Assembly: GCA_023132255.1 (NCBI GenBank) | Contig: JAGLYK010000011.1 | Span: 5,847 to 69,846, forward strand | Length of the DNA: 64,000 nucleotides | Source of the DNA: Candidatus Pacearchaeota archaeon | GTDB lineage: Archaea > Nanobdellota > Nanobdellia > Pacearchaeales > GW2011-AR1 | Direction: 5' to 3' | Shown here: piece by piece, positions 56,569 to 64,000 of the stretch | Numbering within the stretch: position 1 is the stretch's first letter | Layout: every line of letters starts with the position of its first letter | Notes under the pieces: model-generated | What the model saw: only the letters and a program-made list of their open reading frames with translations | What the model was told of the DNA's origin: nothing | Databases searched by the model: none | Translations under genes and position numbers: made by a program

Positions 56569-58014
56569 TCAATAACTCCTCGCCACATAAACAATCTCTT
56601 TTGCTTTTTTCCCGCAGATTACACATTTTCCAGATGGTTTTTGGTTTTCATCTAACCTTGTTCCCCTGACTTCTGCTGAAATTTCTTTGATAATTTCTTC
56701 TGCACATTTTTCACCATTTTTTTCAACTGAGCAGAAATTACATCTGGCAATTGCACCATCTTTAATTATTTTTTTTACTTCGTTAATATTCTTGGCGTCT
56801 TTTATTTTTCCTTTAAAAATTTTGTCTGCTTCTTTAATTAAATTTTTTGTGAATTCTTTTGAAATTTTTTCAATTGTTTTAAGAATATCTTTTTCTGGGA
56901 TGACAATTTTTTTATTTAAATCTCTTCTAAAAATTGTTATCTGCTTTTTTTCCAAATCTTTCAATCCTAAATCTATTCTAATTGGAACACCTTTCATTTC
57001 CCAATAATTGAATTTTTCACCAGGTCTTTTGTCAGAATAATCTATTTCTACTGAATAAGATTTTTCAATCTCTTTTTTCAAAGTTTCTGCTTTTTTGTTT
57101 ACTTTTTTATCTATTGGGATTATTATTACTTGCAATGGTGCAATTTCCCAGGGGAATTTTAATCCTTTGTCGTCTCCGTGAGTTATGATTATGCTTGCGA
57201 ATATTCTTGAGATTGAAGGGCCATAACAAGTTGTGTAGCAGGGTTTTTCTTCTTGGTTTTTGTCTTTGTAAGTTATGTTGAATGCTTTTGAGAAACTAGG
57301 GGAGATTATATGGGTTGATGGTTGCTGTATAACTTTGCCGTCGGGGTTTAACACATCTGATGCAAAGGTTCTGTGTGCTCCTGCAAACTTGTCCCATGAT
57401 GGTCTTTCAAAAAACATAAATGGCAATCCAAATATATCATGCAGAACTTCTTCTGTTGTTTGCATGTCTTCCTGAACTTGTTTCATTGCATCTTCTTTTG
57501 TGGCATGTGCACAGTGAGTTTCTATCCAGTGGAATTCCCTGCTCCTTAGAAAAGGGCGTGTTGCTTTTGTTTCGTGCCTAAAGACTTGCGCTCTTTGATA
57601 TGTTTTGAAAGGCAGGTCCTTGTAACTTCTTATCCATAAATTGAACATCTGGTAAAATGCAGTTTCAGAAGTTGGTCGAAGGGCAAGAGGTTCTTCGAGT
57701 TTTTTTGTCCCTCCGTGTGTGACCCAAAAAACTTCCGGAGTAAATCCTTTAATATGAGACGCTTCTTTTTGGAGATTGCTTTTAGGAATTACAGTCGGGA
57801 ACCAGTAAGGCTTGTGCGATTTTTTTTGCAAAACCTCTTCAAAATGTTTGTACATTTTTTCCATTGCTAAAACAGACCATGGCTGGAAAACCAAAAATCC
57901 TTTTACATTATATCTTAAATCTGCAAGTTCGCACTTTTGAATAATTTGCGTGAACCATTCTGAAAAATTCTCATTTTTTTTTGCAGTAATTCCCTCTTGA
58001 TTTTTTTTTGTCAT
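56569..58014 (-). CDS. proS: Prolyl-tRNA synthetase (archaeal/eukaryal type).
   Basis: Class II motifs FRHE, RPTSET; C-terminal Zn-binding CxxC...CVICG and terminal ...ARSY. Confidence 0.85.
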   Translation of the reverse strand: MTKKNQEGITAKKNENFSEWFTQIIQKCELADLRYNVKGFLVFQPWSVLAMEKMYKHFEEVLQKKSHKPYWFPTVIPKSNLQKEASHIKGFTPEVFWVTHGGTKKLEEPLALRPTSETAFYQMFNLWIRSYKDLPFKTYQRAQVFRHETKATRPFLRSREFHWIETHCAHATKEDAMKQVQEDMQTTEEVLHDIFGLPFMFFERPSWDKFAGAHRTFASDVLNPDGKVIQQPSTHIISPSFSKAFNITYKDKNQEEKPCYTTCYGPSISRIFASIIITHGDDKGLKFPWEIAPLQVIIIPIDKKVNKKAETLKKEIEKSYSVEIDYSDKRPGEKFNYWEMKGVPIRIDLGLKDLEKKQITIFRRDLNKKIVIPEKDILKTIEKISKEFTKNLIKEADKIFKGKIKDAKNINEVKKIIKDGAIARCNFCSVEKNGEKCAEEIIKEISAEVRGTRLDENQKPSGKCVICGKKAKEIVYVARSY

Positions 58015-58039
58015 AGATACTCAAAGAAAAAAGGTTTTA

Positions 58040-58912
58040 TTAAATTAATGTTTGGTTTAATTTTTCCAGTGCGATTTCATTTACAATATTTTCTATGTAA
58101 TTTGATTCTAATGCAAAGCCAAGACTTTCTCCTCCTCCAATTTTGAAATTATTAATTCCAATTACTTTTCCCTGCTTGTTTATTAAAGGACCTCCTGAAT
58201 TTCCAGGATTTAGTGCTGCGTCGGTTTGGATGTATGCGTTGATACCACTTGGTCCTGGTCTGTGAACTGCCGAGACAATTCCTTCTGAAACAGAAAACTG
58301 CAATCCTAATGGATTTCCTATTGCAATTACTTTTTCTCCTATTTGGACATCATCAGAGTCTGCAAGTTTTAGTTTTTCAAAATTTCCGGAAATTTTTAGC
58401 AATGCAATATCAAAATTGCTGTTGTACCCGATTAAATTTACTGAATATGTTTCGCTGTCGTATGTGAAAATTCCTGCTGATTTTGCGTTTTCCATTACAT
58501 GGTAGTTTGTTACAATGTATCCTTGCTGGTCTATGATGAATCCTGTTCCCTGGCTAATGTCTGTTCTTATTGTCACTACAGACTTGATTGCGTCTTCGAT
58601 GATTCCTGAAAAATCCGCACTTGCCGAGGCTTTGAGCAAATCCATTTCCTGTCCCATTGAGCCAATTTTTAAATCCAGTGAATTTACTGTTTCTTCCAAA
58701 GTTGTTTTTGTCTGAATTAAATTCTCTGTTAAAGTATTTATATTGCTTTGGGTGTCTTCTTTTAATTCTCTTATATCTGATTCTATCCTATTGTAACTTA
58801 ATTGCAACTGCCCGTAGAGAAAATAAATAAATACGCTGTTTGCTATTAACAATATTATTAAAAAAGAGCTAAAACCTCCAATTATTATTTTGTGGTGTTT
58901 TCTGAGTGCCAT
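58040..58912 (-). CDS. Membrane-anchored trypsin-like serine protease (HtrA/S1C-like, no PDZ domain).
   Basis: GTGFIIDQQGYIVTNYHV (His), D, GNSGGPL (Ser); N-terminal TM. Confidence 0.7.
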   Translation of the reverse strand: MALRKHHKIIIGGFSSFLIILLIANSVFIYFLYGQLQLSYNRIESDIRELKEDTQSNINTLTENLIQTKTTLEETVNSLDLKIGSMGQEMDLLKASASADFSGIIEDAIKSVVTIRTDISQGTGFIIDQQGYIVTNYHVMENAKSAGIFTYDSETYSVNLIGYNSNFDIALLKISGNFEKLKLADSDDVQIGEKVIAIGNPLGLQFSVSEGIVSAVHRPGPSGINAYIQTDAALNPGNSGGPLINKQGKVIGINNFKIGGGESLGFALESNYIENIVNEIALEKLNQTLI

Positions 58913-58963
58913 GTTTATAATATAAATACTAAACTATAAAAACCTTTTTTTTCTTGTTGTGTC

Positions 58964-59035
58964 AGGACCCGTAGTTCAACGGATAGAATAACAGGTTTCG
59001 GCCCTGTTGATCGAGGTTCGAATCCTCGCGGGTTC
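58964..59035 (+). tRNA. tRNA-Arg (anticodon UCG), no intron.
   Basis: Acceptor GGACCCG/CGGGTTC, anticodon stem ACAGG/CCTGT with loop UUUCGGC, T-arm CGAGG-TTCGAAT-CCTCG. Confidence 0.65.
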
Positions 59036-59134
59036 ATTTTTATTTGAATAAAAAAATAAACAAAATTAAACCAATTCAATAAATTATTATCTCAAATCAT
59101 AATGAAATTTTGTTCTCAGAGAAAAGTTATTTCA

Positions 59135-59827
59135 TTATAACCATTTAAAGTCCTTGTCGCCTCTTTTTATTATAGATACATTAGTAGCAACAATACTAAA
59201 TGTATCAACCCAATCATCAGGATTCTCTTTTTTGGAGGGAATAATCTCTTCAAAAGGCGTCCATTCCCCTATGTATTCTTCTATTTTAGCTGAATGTAAC
59301 TTCCCATATTCCTCAAATGTTTTTTGTGCAAAATATCCATCTTGAATATAACACTCAACAGCTTCTGTAGCACTTCCATGACCGCTTGGGTTAGTTACTA
59401 TAAGAGAAGGTATTTTTCTTTTATATGCTTCCCTAACCATTTGTAAACCTAATGGCTGATTTTTTTCATCTCCTTCATCAAAATATTTTTTAAGTGCATT
59501 AAAAGTAAATTTAATTTCAGGGTTAGGATTTTCTCCAATTTCTTTGATTAATTTTTCCCCTAATGATTTATCATTACTTCCAATTTTTTTAGGGAAAAAT
59601 AAATCTGTTAAAACACAATCGTAATTATTTCTTTCTAATTTCTGAATCGCTTCTTCATAATCCAAAGCAGTATCTTTTATATCAATTCGTGCTTTAGCTT
59701 CAGGATAACCTTTTGTTTGTAACAAGTAAGTAATTGGTTCTGCTTCAGCTAATTTTTCAGCAGATTCTATGTTTTTTTTGTTATCGTCTATTAATAATAC
59801 TTTTATTTCTAAGTTTTCTTTTTCCAT
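59135..59827 (-). CDS. Hypothetical protein with receiver-domain-like N-terminus.
   Basis: KVLLIDDN...CVLTDLFFP resembles a CheY-like fold. Confidence 0.3.
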   Translation of the reverse strand: MEKENLEIKVLLIDDNKKNIESAEKLAEAEPITYLLQTKGYPEAKARIDIKDTALDYEEAIQKLERNNYDCVLTDLFFPKKIGSNDKSLGEKLIKEIGENPNPEIKFTFNALKKYFDEGDEKNQPLGLQMVREAYKRKIPSLIVTNPSGHGSATEAVECYIQDGYFAQKTFEEYGKLHSAKIEEYIGEWTPFEEIIPSKKENPDDWVDTFSIVATNVSIIKRGDKDFKWL

Positions 59828-59944
59828 TTGATTTTCATTAATTTTAGTTACTAGTAAGTAGTTAGCAAGGTTATATTAATCTTATTAACCCCCTTTGGGA
59901 GTAGTTTAAGAAAGATTTAAATAGGGTGCGAACTTCTTTGAGTT

Positions 59945-60682
59945 ATGAATTTAGATAAATTAGAAGAAATAGGATTTACTCAAAGAGAAAGAAAAGTGTA
60001 TGTAGCATTACTGGAAATTGGATTAACGTCTGTGGGTGCGATTATTAAGAAATCGGGGATACCAAGTTCTAAAATTTACGAAACTTTAGATAAATTAATC
60101 AAAAAAGGTTTAGTTAGTTTTGTTGTAAAAAATAATAAAAAATATTATCAGCCAAGTAATCCAAAAACAATTCTCAAATTTATGGACGAAAAGAAAACAA
60201 CTATTGAAAAAGATGTATTGCCACAATTAGAAAGATTATATAATTTTACTAAACAACAAAGCGAGGCGACTATTTACGAAGGTGTTAAAGGAATTAAAAC
60301 AATTTATGAGAGAATGTTAAAAGAATTAAAAAAAGGTGATACACTATATGTTTTGGGAGCACCAAGTAAAGCAAATGAACTGCTTGAAGGATATTTTTTA
60401 GATTATCACAAAAGAAGAATTAAAGCAGGAATAAAGATGAAAATACTTTATGATAAAGAAGCAAAAAAATATGGCAGAACAAGAAAGAAAATGAATCTTA
60501 CACAAGTAAAGTATATTTTAGAAGGGCAAACAGCTCCGTCATGGATAGATATCTTTTCAGACTGCATTGTAATATTTAACCTTAATAAAAACCCTTCTTG
60601 TTTTTTGATTAAAGAAGAAAATATTGCAAAGAATTTTAAATTATATTTTGAGCTTTTGTGGAAAACAGCGGAATCTAACTAA
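59945..60682 (+). CDS. TrmB-family transcriptional regulator (paralog of 29407-30147).
   Basis: IGFTQRERKVYVALLEIGLTSVGAIIKKSGIPSSKIYETLDKLIKKGL. Confidence 0.65.
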   Translation: MNLDKLEEIGFTQRERKVYVALLEIGLTSVGAIIKKSGIPSSKIYETLDKLIKKGLVSFVVKNNKKYYQPSNPKTILKFMDEKKTTIEKDVLPQLERLYNFTKQQSEATIYEGVKGIKTIYERMLKELKKGDTLYVLGAPSKANELLEGYFLDYHKRRIKAGIKMKILYDKEAKKYGRTRKKMNLTQVKYILEGQTAPSWIDIFSDCIVIFNLNKNPSCFLIKEENIAKNFKLYFELLWKTAESN

Positions 60683-60686
60683 AAAC

Positions 60687-62042
60687 TTATTTTAACAACC
60701 CCTCCAAAACCCCTCTTACCATTTCAAAATCAGCCCTTTTATTGCTCTCTTTCATAACCTGCCCAATTAAAAAATTCAAAGATTGTTTTTTCCCTGATTT
60801 ATAATCTTCAACTGCTTTTGAATTTTCTTTAATTATTTTTTCTGCAAGTTTTTGAATTTCTTTTGTGTCGGAAATTTGCGAGTGTTTTTTTATTTCCTGT
60901 TTTGGAGAAATTGATTTTTCTTTCCAGCTTCGTAAAATGTCTTTTGCTTTTAATTCTGTGATAATTTTCTTTTCTATGAGTTTGAGCAAATCAATAAAAT
61001 GTTCCACTTCTATCTTTACATTTTCTAAATCTTTTTTGTTATAATTTAGAACACTAAGAAGTTCTTCTGTTACCCAACGCACTGCAAGTTTTGGATTTGT
61101 TTTTTCAATTATTTTTTCAAAGAATTCCACAACCTCAAGTTTTTTTGTTAAAATTTCTGCAGAGCTTTTTTCTATCTTATATTTTTTAATAAGCTTTTTC
61201 AGTTTTGCATGAGGTGTTTCTGGCAAAACAGATTTTATTTTTTCTACTCTTGATTTTTCTATTTTTATTATCGGCAAGTCTGGGTCTGAAATAAATCTGT
61301 AATCCTGGGCTTCTTCTTTTGAACGCATTTTAATTGTAATGCCTTTGCTTTCATTAAACATTTTTGTCTCTTGCATTTTAGGAATTTCTTTTTCTTGTCT
61401 TTGAATTTCATATTCAATTGCAGTTTTAATGTTTTTCAAACTGTTTATATTTTTAATTTCTATTCTTTGGCCTCCTGAAACAGAAACATTTACATCTGCT
61501 TTTATCCCGGCATTTTTGTCAATTGCTTTTATGTAACTTAAAGTTGCAATTAATTGTTTTAACCATACAATTACCTGCTCGGAATTTTTAAAATCTGGTT
61601 CTGTTACGATTTCTATTAAAGGGCTCCCGGAACGATTGTAATCTATTTCTCCTGTTTTTGGGTTCCATGCTGCAGGGTCTTCTTCAAGATGGCATTCAGT
61701 AATGTTTATTCCTAAAAATTTTCCTTTTTCTCCGACTGGAATTGCATATGGTCCTGAAATTGTATTTTGGTAGCCTTTTGGCAGGTCAGGCCAGTTGTAG
61801 TGTTTTCGAGCCCAAGTTAATTTTTCATTTATTTTACATCCAAGAATTAATGCAGTTTGAATTACTTTCTGGACTGCTGTTTTATTTGGGAGCATTGGCT
61901 TTGCACCTGGCTGGGCTGTGCAAACAGGACAGATATTTGTATTTGGTTTTGACTGTTTTAGCCCGTGCTCTGATTTGCAAGAACAGAAGAGTTTTTCATT
62001 TGTTAAAAGATAACCATGAATTTCTAATCCAATTTTTGTCAT
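60687..62042 (-). CDS. gatB: GatB-type Glu/Asp-tRNA amidotransferase subunit B (GatB/GatE family, 451 aa).
   Basis: IGLEIHGYL...KLFCSC..., ICPVCTAQPG, C-terminal YqeY-like GQVMKES. Confidence 0.7.
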   Translation of the reverse strand: MTKIGLEIHGYLLTNEKLFCSCKSEHGLKQSKPNTNICPVCTAQPGAKPMLPNKTAVQKVIQTALILGCKINEKLTWARKHYNWPDLPKGYQNTISGPYAIPVGEKGKFLGINITECHLEEDPAAWNPKTGEIDYNRSGSPLIEIVTEPDFKNSEQVIVWLKQLIATLSYIKAIDKNAGIKADVNVSVSGGQRIEIKNINSLKNIKTAIEYEIQRQEKEIPKMQETKMFNESKGITIKMRSKEEAQDYRFISDPDLPIIKIEKSRVEKIKSVLPETPHAKLKKLIKKYKIEKSSAEILTKKLEVVEFFEKIIEKTNPKLAVRWVTEELLSVLNYNKKDLENVKIEVEHFIDLLKLIEKKIITELKAKDILRSWKEKSISPKQEIKKHSQISDTKEIQKLAEKIIKENSKAVEDYKSGKKQSLNFLIGQVMKESNKRADFEMVRGVLEGLLK

Positions 62043-62059
62043 AAAAAAGAATAAGAAGT

Positions 62060-62584
62060 TTATATTTTTAAAACTAATGAATGCTCTTTTTCCGGGAAAG
62101 TAGGTGTAGGTTTAAAGAATTTTTTATACATTTCCTCTTCAGAAAAATCTTTTGCATAATCTCTTTTTAATCCTGGATGCCAAACAGGTCTTTCATAGAT
62201 TTCTTCATCAATAGGTTGTTTTGTGTTATTCTTAAAATTGTATAAGTTTGTTAAACTATATATATTAATTTCTTTTTGATTAATCATGTCTTGCAATCCT
62301 GGGTATTCTACTAAATCCTGTTTAACATAAGGAAGAAAACCTTTGGGATTTACAGCATATTTAAATTCATCCCATCCCATAACCAACTGCATAAGTTTTA
62401 GTGCTTCTTGCTCATCTGTTTCTTCTGATATTTTGTGTAACCATTTCTTAATTTTATCATACCCGATAATTGCTACTCCTGTTCCTCCTATTATAGTCAT
62501 CAACCCCCATCCTATTAATTTTCTTCTTTCCCTACTTATTTCTTGGTCTTGAGGTAAAAACTCTTGATATAATCTATTTTTCAT
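62060..62584 (-). CDS. Hypothetical protein with one TM helix.
   Basis: ORF only. Confidence 0.3.
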   Translation of the reverse strand: MKNRLYQEFLPQDQEISRERRKLIGWGLMTIIGGTGVAIIGYDKIKKWLHKISEETDEQEALKLMQLVMGWDEFKYAVNPKGFLPYVKQDLVEYPGLQDMINQKEINIYSLTNLYNFKNNTKQPIDEEIYERPVWHPGLKRDYAKDFSEEEMYKKFFKPTPTFPEKEHSLVLKI

Positions 62585-62691
62585 AAATTTACATAGCTAT
62601 ATTCGTTTATAAACTTTTCTATTTATTACTACTATCAAGTTATAATCCTTTTCATCACTATATTTTTATACTGCATTATTTTTGTTTTATT

Positions 62692-63981
62692 ATGAAAAAT
62701 GCTGTTGCTGGAGATTATGTTGAAGTTCATTTAACAAGACAGATTTATGAGGGAGTTCTTTTAGAAAACCCTGAACCCGGAATTATTTTGCTTAAACTGG
62801 ATTCTGGTTATAATATTGGATTTAACAAAAAAGATGTTTTGGAGATTAGGGTTCTTGAAAAAAGTTTAGAGAAGAAAGAAGAAATTGAAATAAAAAAAGA
62901 TGAAAATAAACCAAATATTGCAATGATTATTACTGGGGGGACAATTGCCGCGAGATTGAATCCGAAGAAAGGGGGTGTTGATTGGCTTGATACTCCTGAG
63001 AGTTTGTTTAAATTTTATCCGGGTGTTTTTGACAAGGTTAATATTGTGAAAGTTGAGGTGCCGTTTATGAAAGCATCAGAGGATATGGATTTTAAGGATT
63101 GGCAGAAACTTGCTCGAACTGCTGAGAAACTTTTGAATGACCCGAACATTAAAGGAGTGGTTGTCACGCATGGAACTGATTTTTTGCATTATACTTCTGC
63201 TGCGTTGAGTTTCTTTTTGAAGAATTTGAACAAGCCAGTTGTTTTGACTTATAGTCAGAGAAGTATTGACAGGGCAAGCAGCGACGCGAATTTGAATTTG
63301 CAGTGTGCTGCGTTGGCCGCGATTTCAGATATTGCAGAAGTTATGCTCGTCGGACACGCTTCTTCAAATGATGATTTTTGTCATGCAATGCCTGGGACAA
63401 AAGTTAGGAAGCTGCATAGTTCAAAGAGAGATGCTTTCAAAGTTGTAAATGCAAAACCTTTTGCTAAAATTTTTCCCAATAGAATTGAAATTATTTCAGA
63501 TTATAATTTTAGGAATATCCTAAAGGGCACAAGTAAAAATAAAGTTAAGTTGGATTTGAAATTTGAGGAAAAGGTTGCTTTGGTGAAAGTTTATCCCGGG
63601 CAAAACCCGGATATTTTGGATTATTATTATTTAAAGAAAAAATATAAAGGAATTGTTTTGGAAATGAGTGGATTAGGACATGCTCCAACAAAAAGAGCGA
63701 GAAAATCATGGACAAAAAAACTAAAACAGGTTCAGGAAAAAGGTTTGGTTGTTTGTGCTGCTGCCCAGACAGTTTATGGACGACTTGATCCTTTGGTTTA
63801 TTCAAATGGAAGAGAATTAATGAAAACAGGAATTATTTATTTGGAGGATATGTTAAGTGAAACAGCCTTGATAAAACTTGGTTGGGTTTTGGGTCATGCA
63901 GATTGGGCAAAGGATAAAAAAATTGTTAGAGAGAAAATGTTGGAGAATTTTGCTGGGGAGTTAAATGACAGATTGGATTAA
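62692..63981 (+). CDS. gatD: Glu-tRNA(Gln) amidotransferase subunit D (GatD, asparaginase-like).
   Basis: N-terminal extra domain, then IAMIITGGTIAA (asparaginase TGGTIA motif); 429 aa. Confidence 0.75.
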   Translation: MKNAVAGDYVEVHLTRQIYEGVLLENPEPGIILLKLDSGYNIGFNKKDVLEIRVLEKSLEKKEEIEIKKDENKPNIAMIITGGTIAARLNPKKGGVDWLDTPESLFKFYPGVFDKVNIVKVEVPFMKASEDMDFKDWQKLARTAEKLLNDPNIKGVVVTHGTDFLHYTSAALSFFLKNLNKPVVLTYSQRSIDRASSDANLNLQCAALAAISDIAEVMLVGHASSNDDFCHAMPGTKVRKLHSSKRDAFKVVNAKPFAKIFPNRIEIISDYNFRNILKGTSKNKVKLDLKFEEKVALVKVYPGQNPDILDYYYLKKKYKGIVLEMSGLGHAPTKRARKSWTKKLKQVQEKGLVVCAAAQTVYGRLDPLVYSNGRELMKTGIIYLEDMLSETALIKLGWVLGHADWAKDKKIVREKMLENFAGELNDRLD

Positions 63982-64000
63982 AATTATTTTTTCCTTTTCT

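Noticed and set aside
1-64000. Search for CRISPR arrays and rRNA genes.
   Set aside because: No regularly spaced direct repeats with unique spacers and no rRNA-like conserved blocks were seen. The only tandem repeats are coding (13690-14390) or the 2 x 46-bp duplication.

Overview
This is an AT-rich (about 30% GC) archaeal segment with a small-genome, DPANN-like flavour. It has compact genes, archaeal-type information-processing proteins, intron-containing tRNAs and giant surface proteins rich in N-glycosylation sequons (NxS/T). Recognisable genes are TFB, TFE, an Sm-like protein, ribosomal S8e, tRNA-splicing endonuclease EndA, RNase Z, the Gly/Leu/Ala/Pro tRNA synthetases, GatB and GatD, ParA, deoxyhypusine synthase, a PLP decarboxylase, a rhomboid protease, an HtrA-like protease, TrmB and Lrp regulators, and a HIT hydrolase. 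I find five tRNAs: Leu and Arg carrying introns, plus Cys, Met and a second Arg. Positions 8.5-19.1 kb hold a minus-strand cluster of four secreted or surface proteins. It includes a 2439-aa adhesin-like giant with several internal repeat systems and a duplicated C-terminal module. The window opens inside a large protein of at least 1400 aa that ends in a lytic-transglycosylase-like domain. A small defence islet sits at 47.8-52.5 kb (an MmeI-like type IIG restriction-modification enzyme convergent with an AlbA_2/Schlafen-type protein). The most unusual observations are six. First, a leucyl-tRNA synthetase carries an intact alpha/beta serine-hydrolase domain spliced in just before its editing domain, with a free-standing paralog immediately downstream. 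Second, a family of short GC-rich elements with conserved termini sits in-frame inside at least five unrelated genes. Third, a free-standing LAGLIDADG endonuclease ORF runs into a tRNA-Leu gene whose intron lies at a non-canonical position. Fourth, a GC-rich structured element between two tRNAs looks like an unannotated ncRNA. Fifth, the giant adhesin reads through the position of its paralog's stop into a tandem helix-turn-helix-like tail. Sixth, two 14-bp palindromes share a common 12-bp core upstream of adjacent hypothetical genes. I found no CRISPR arrays and no rRNA.
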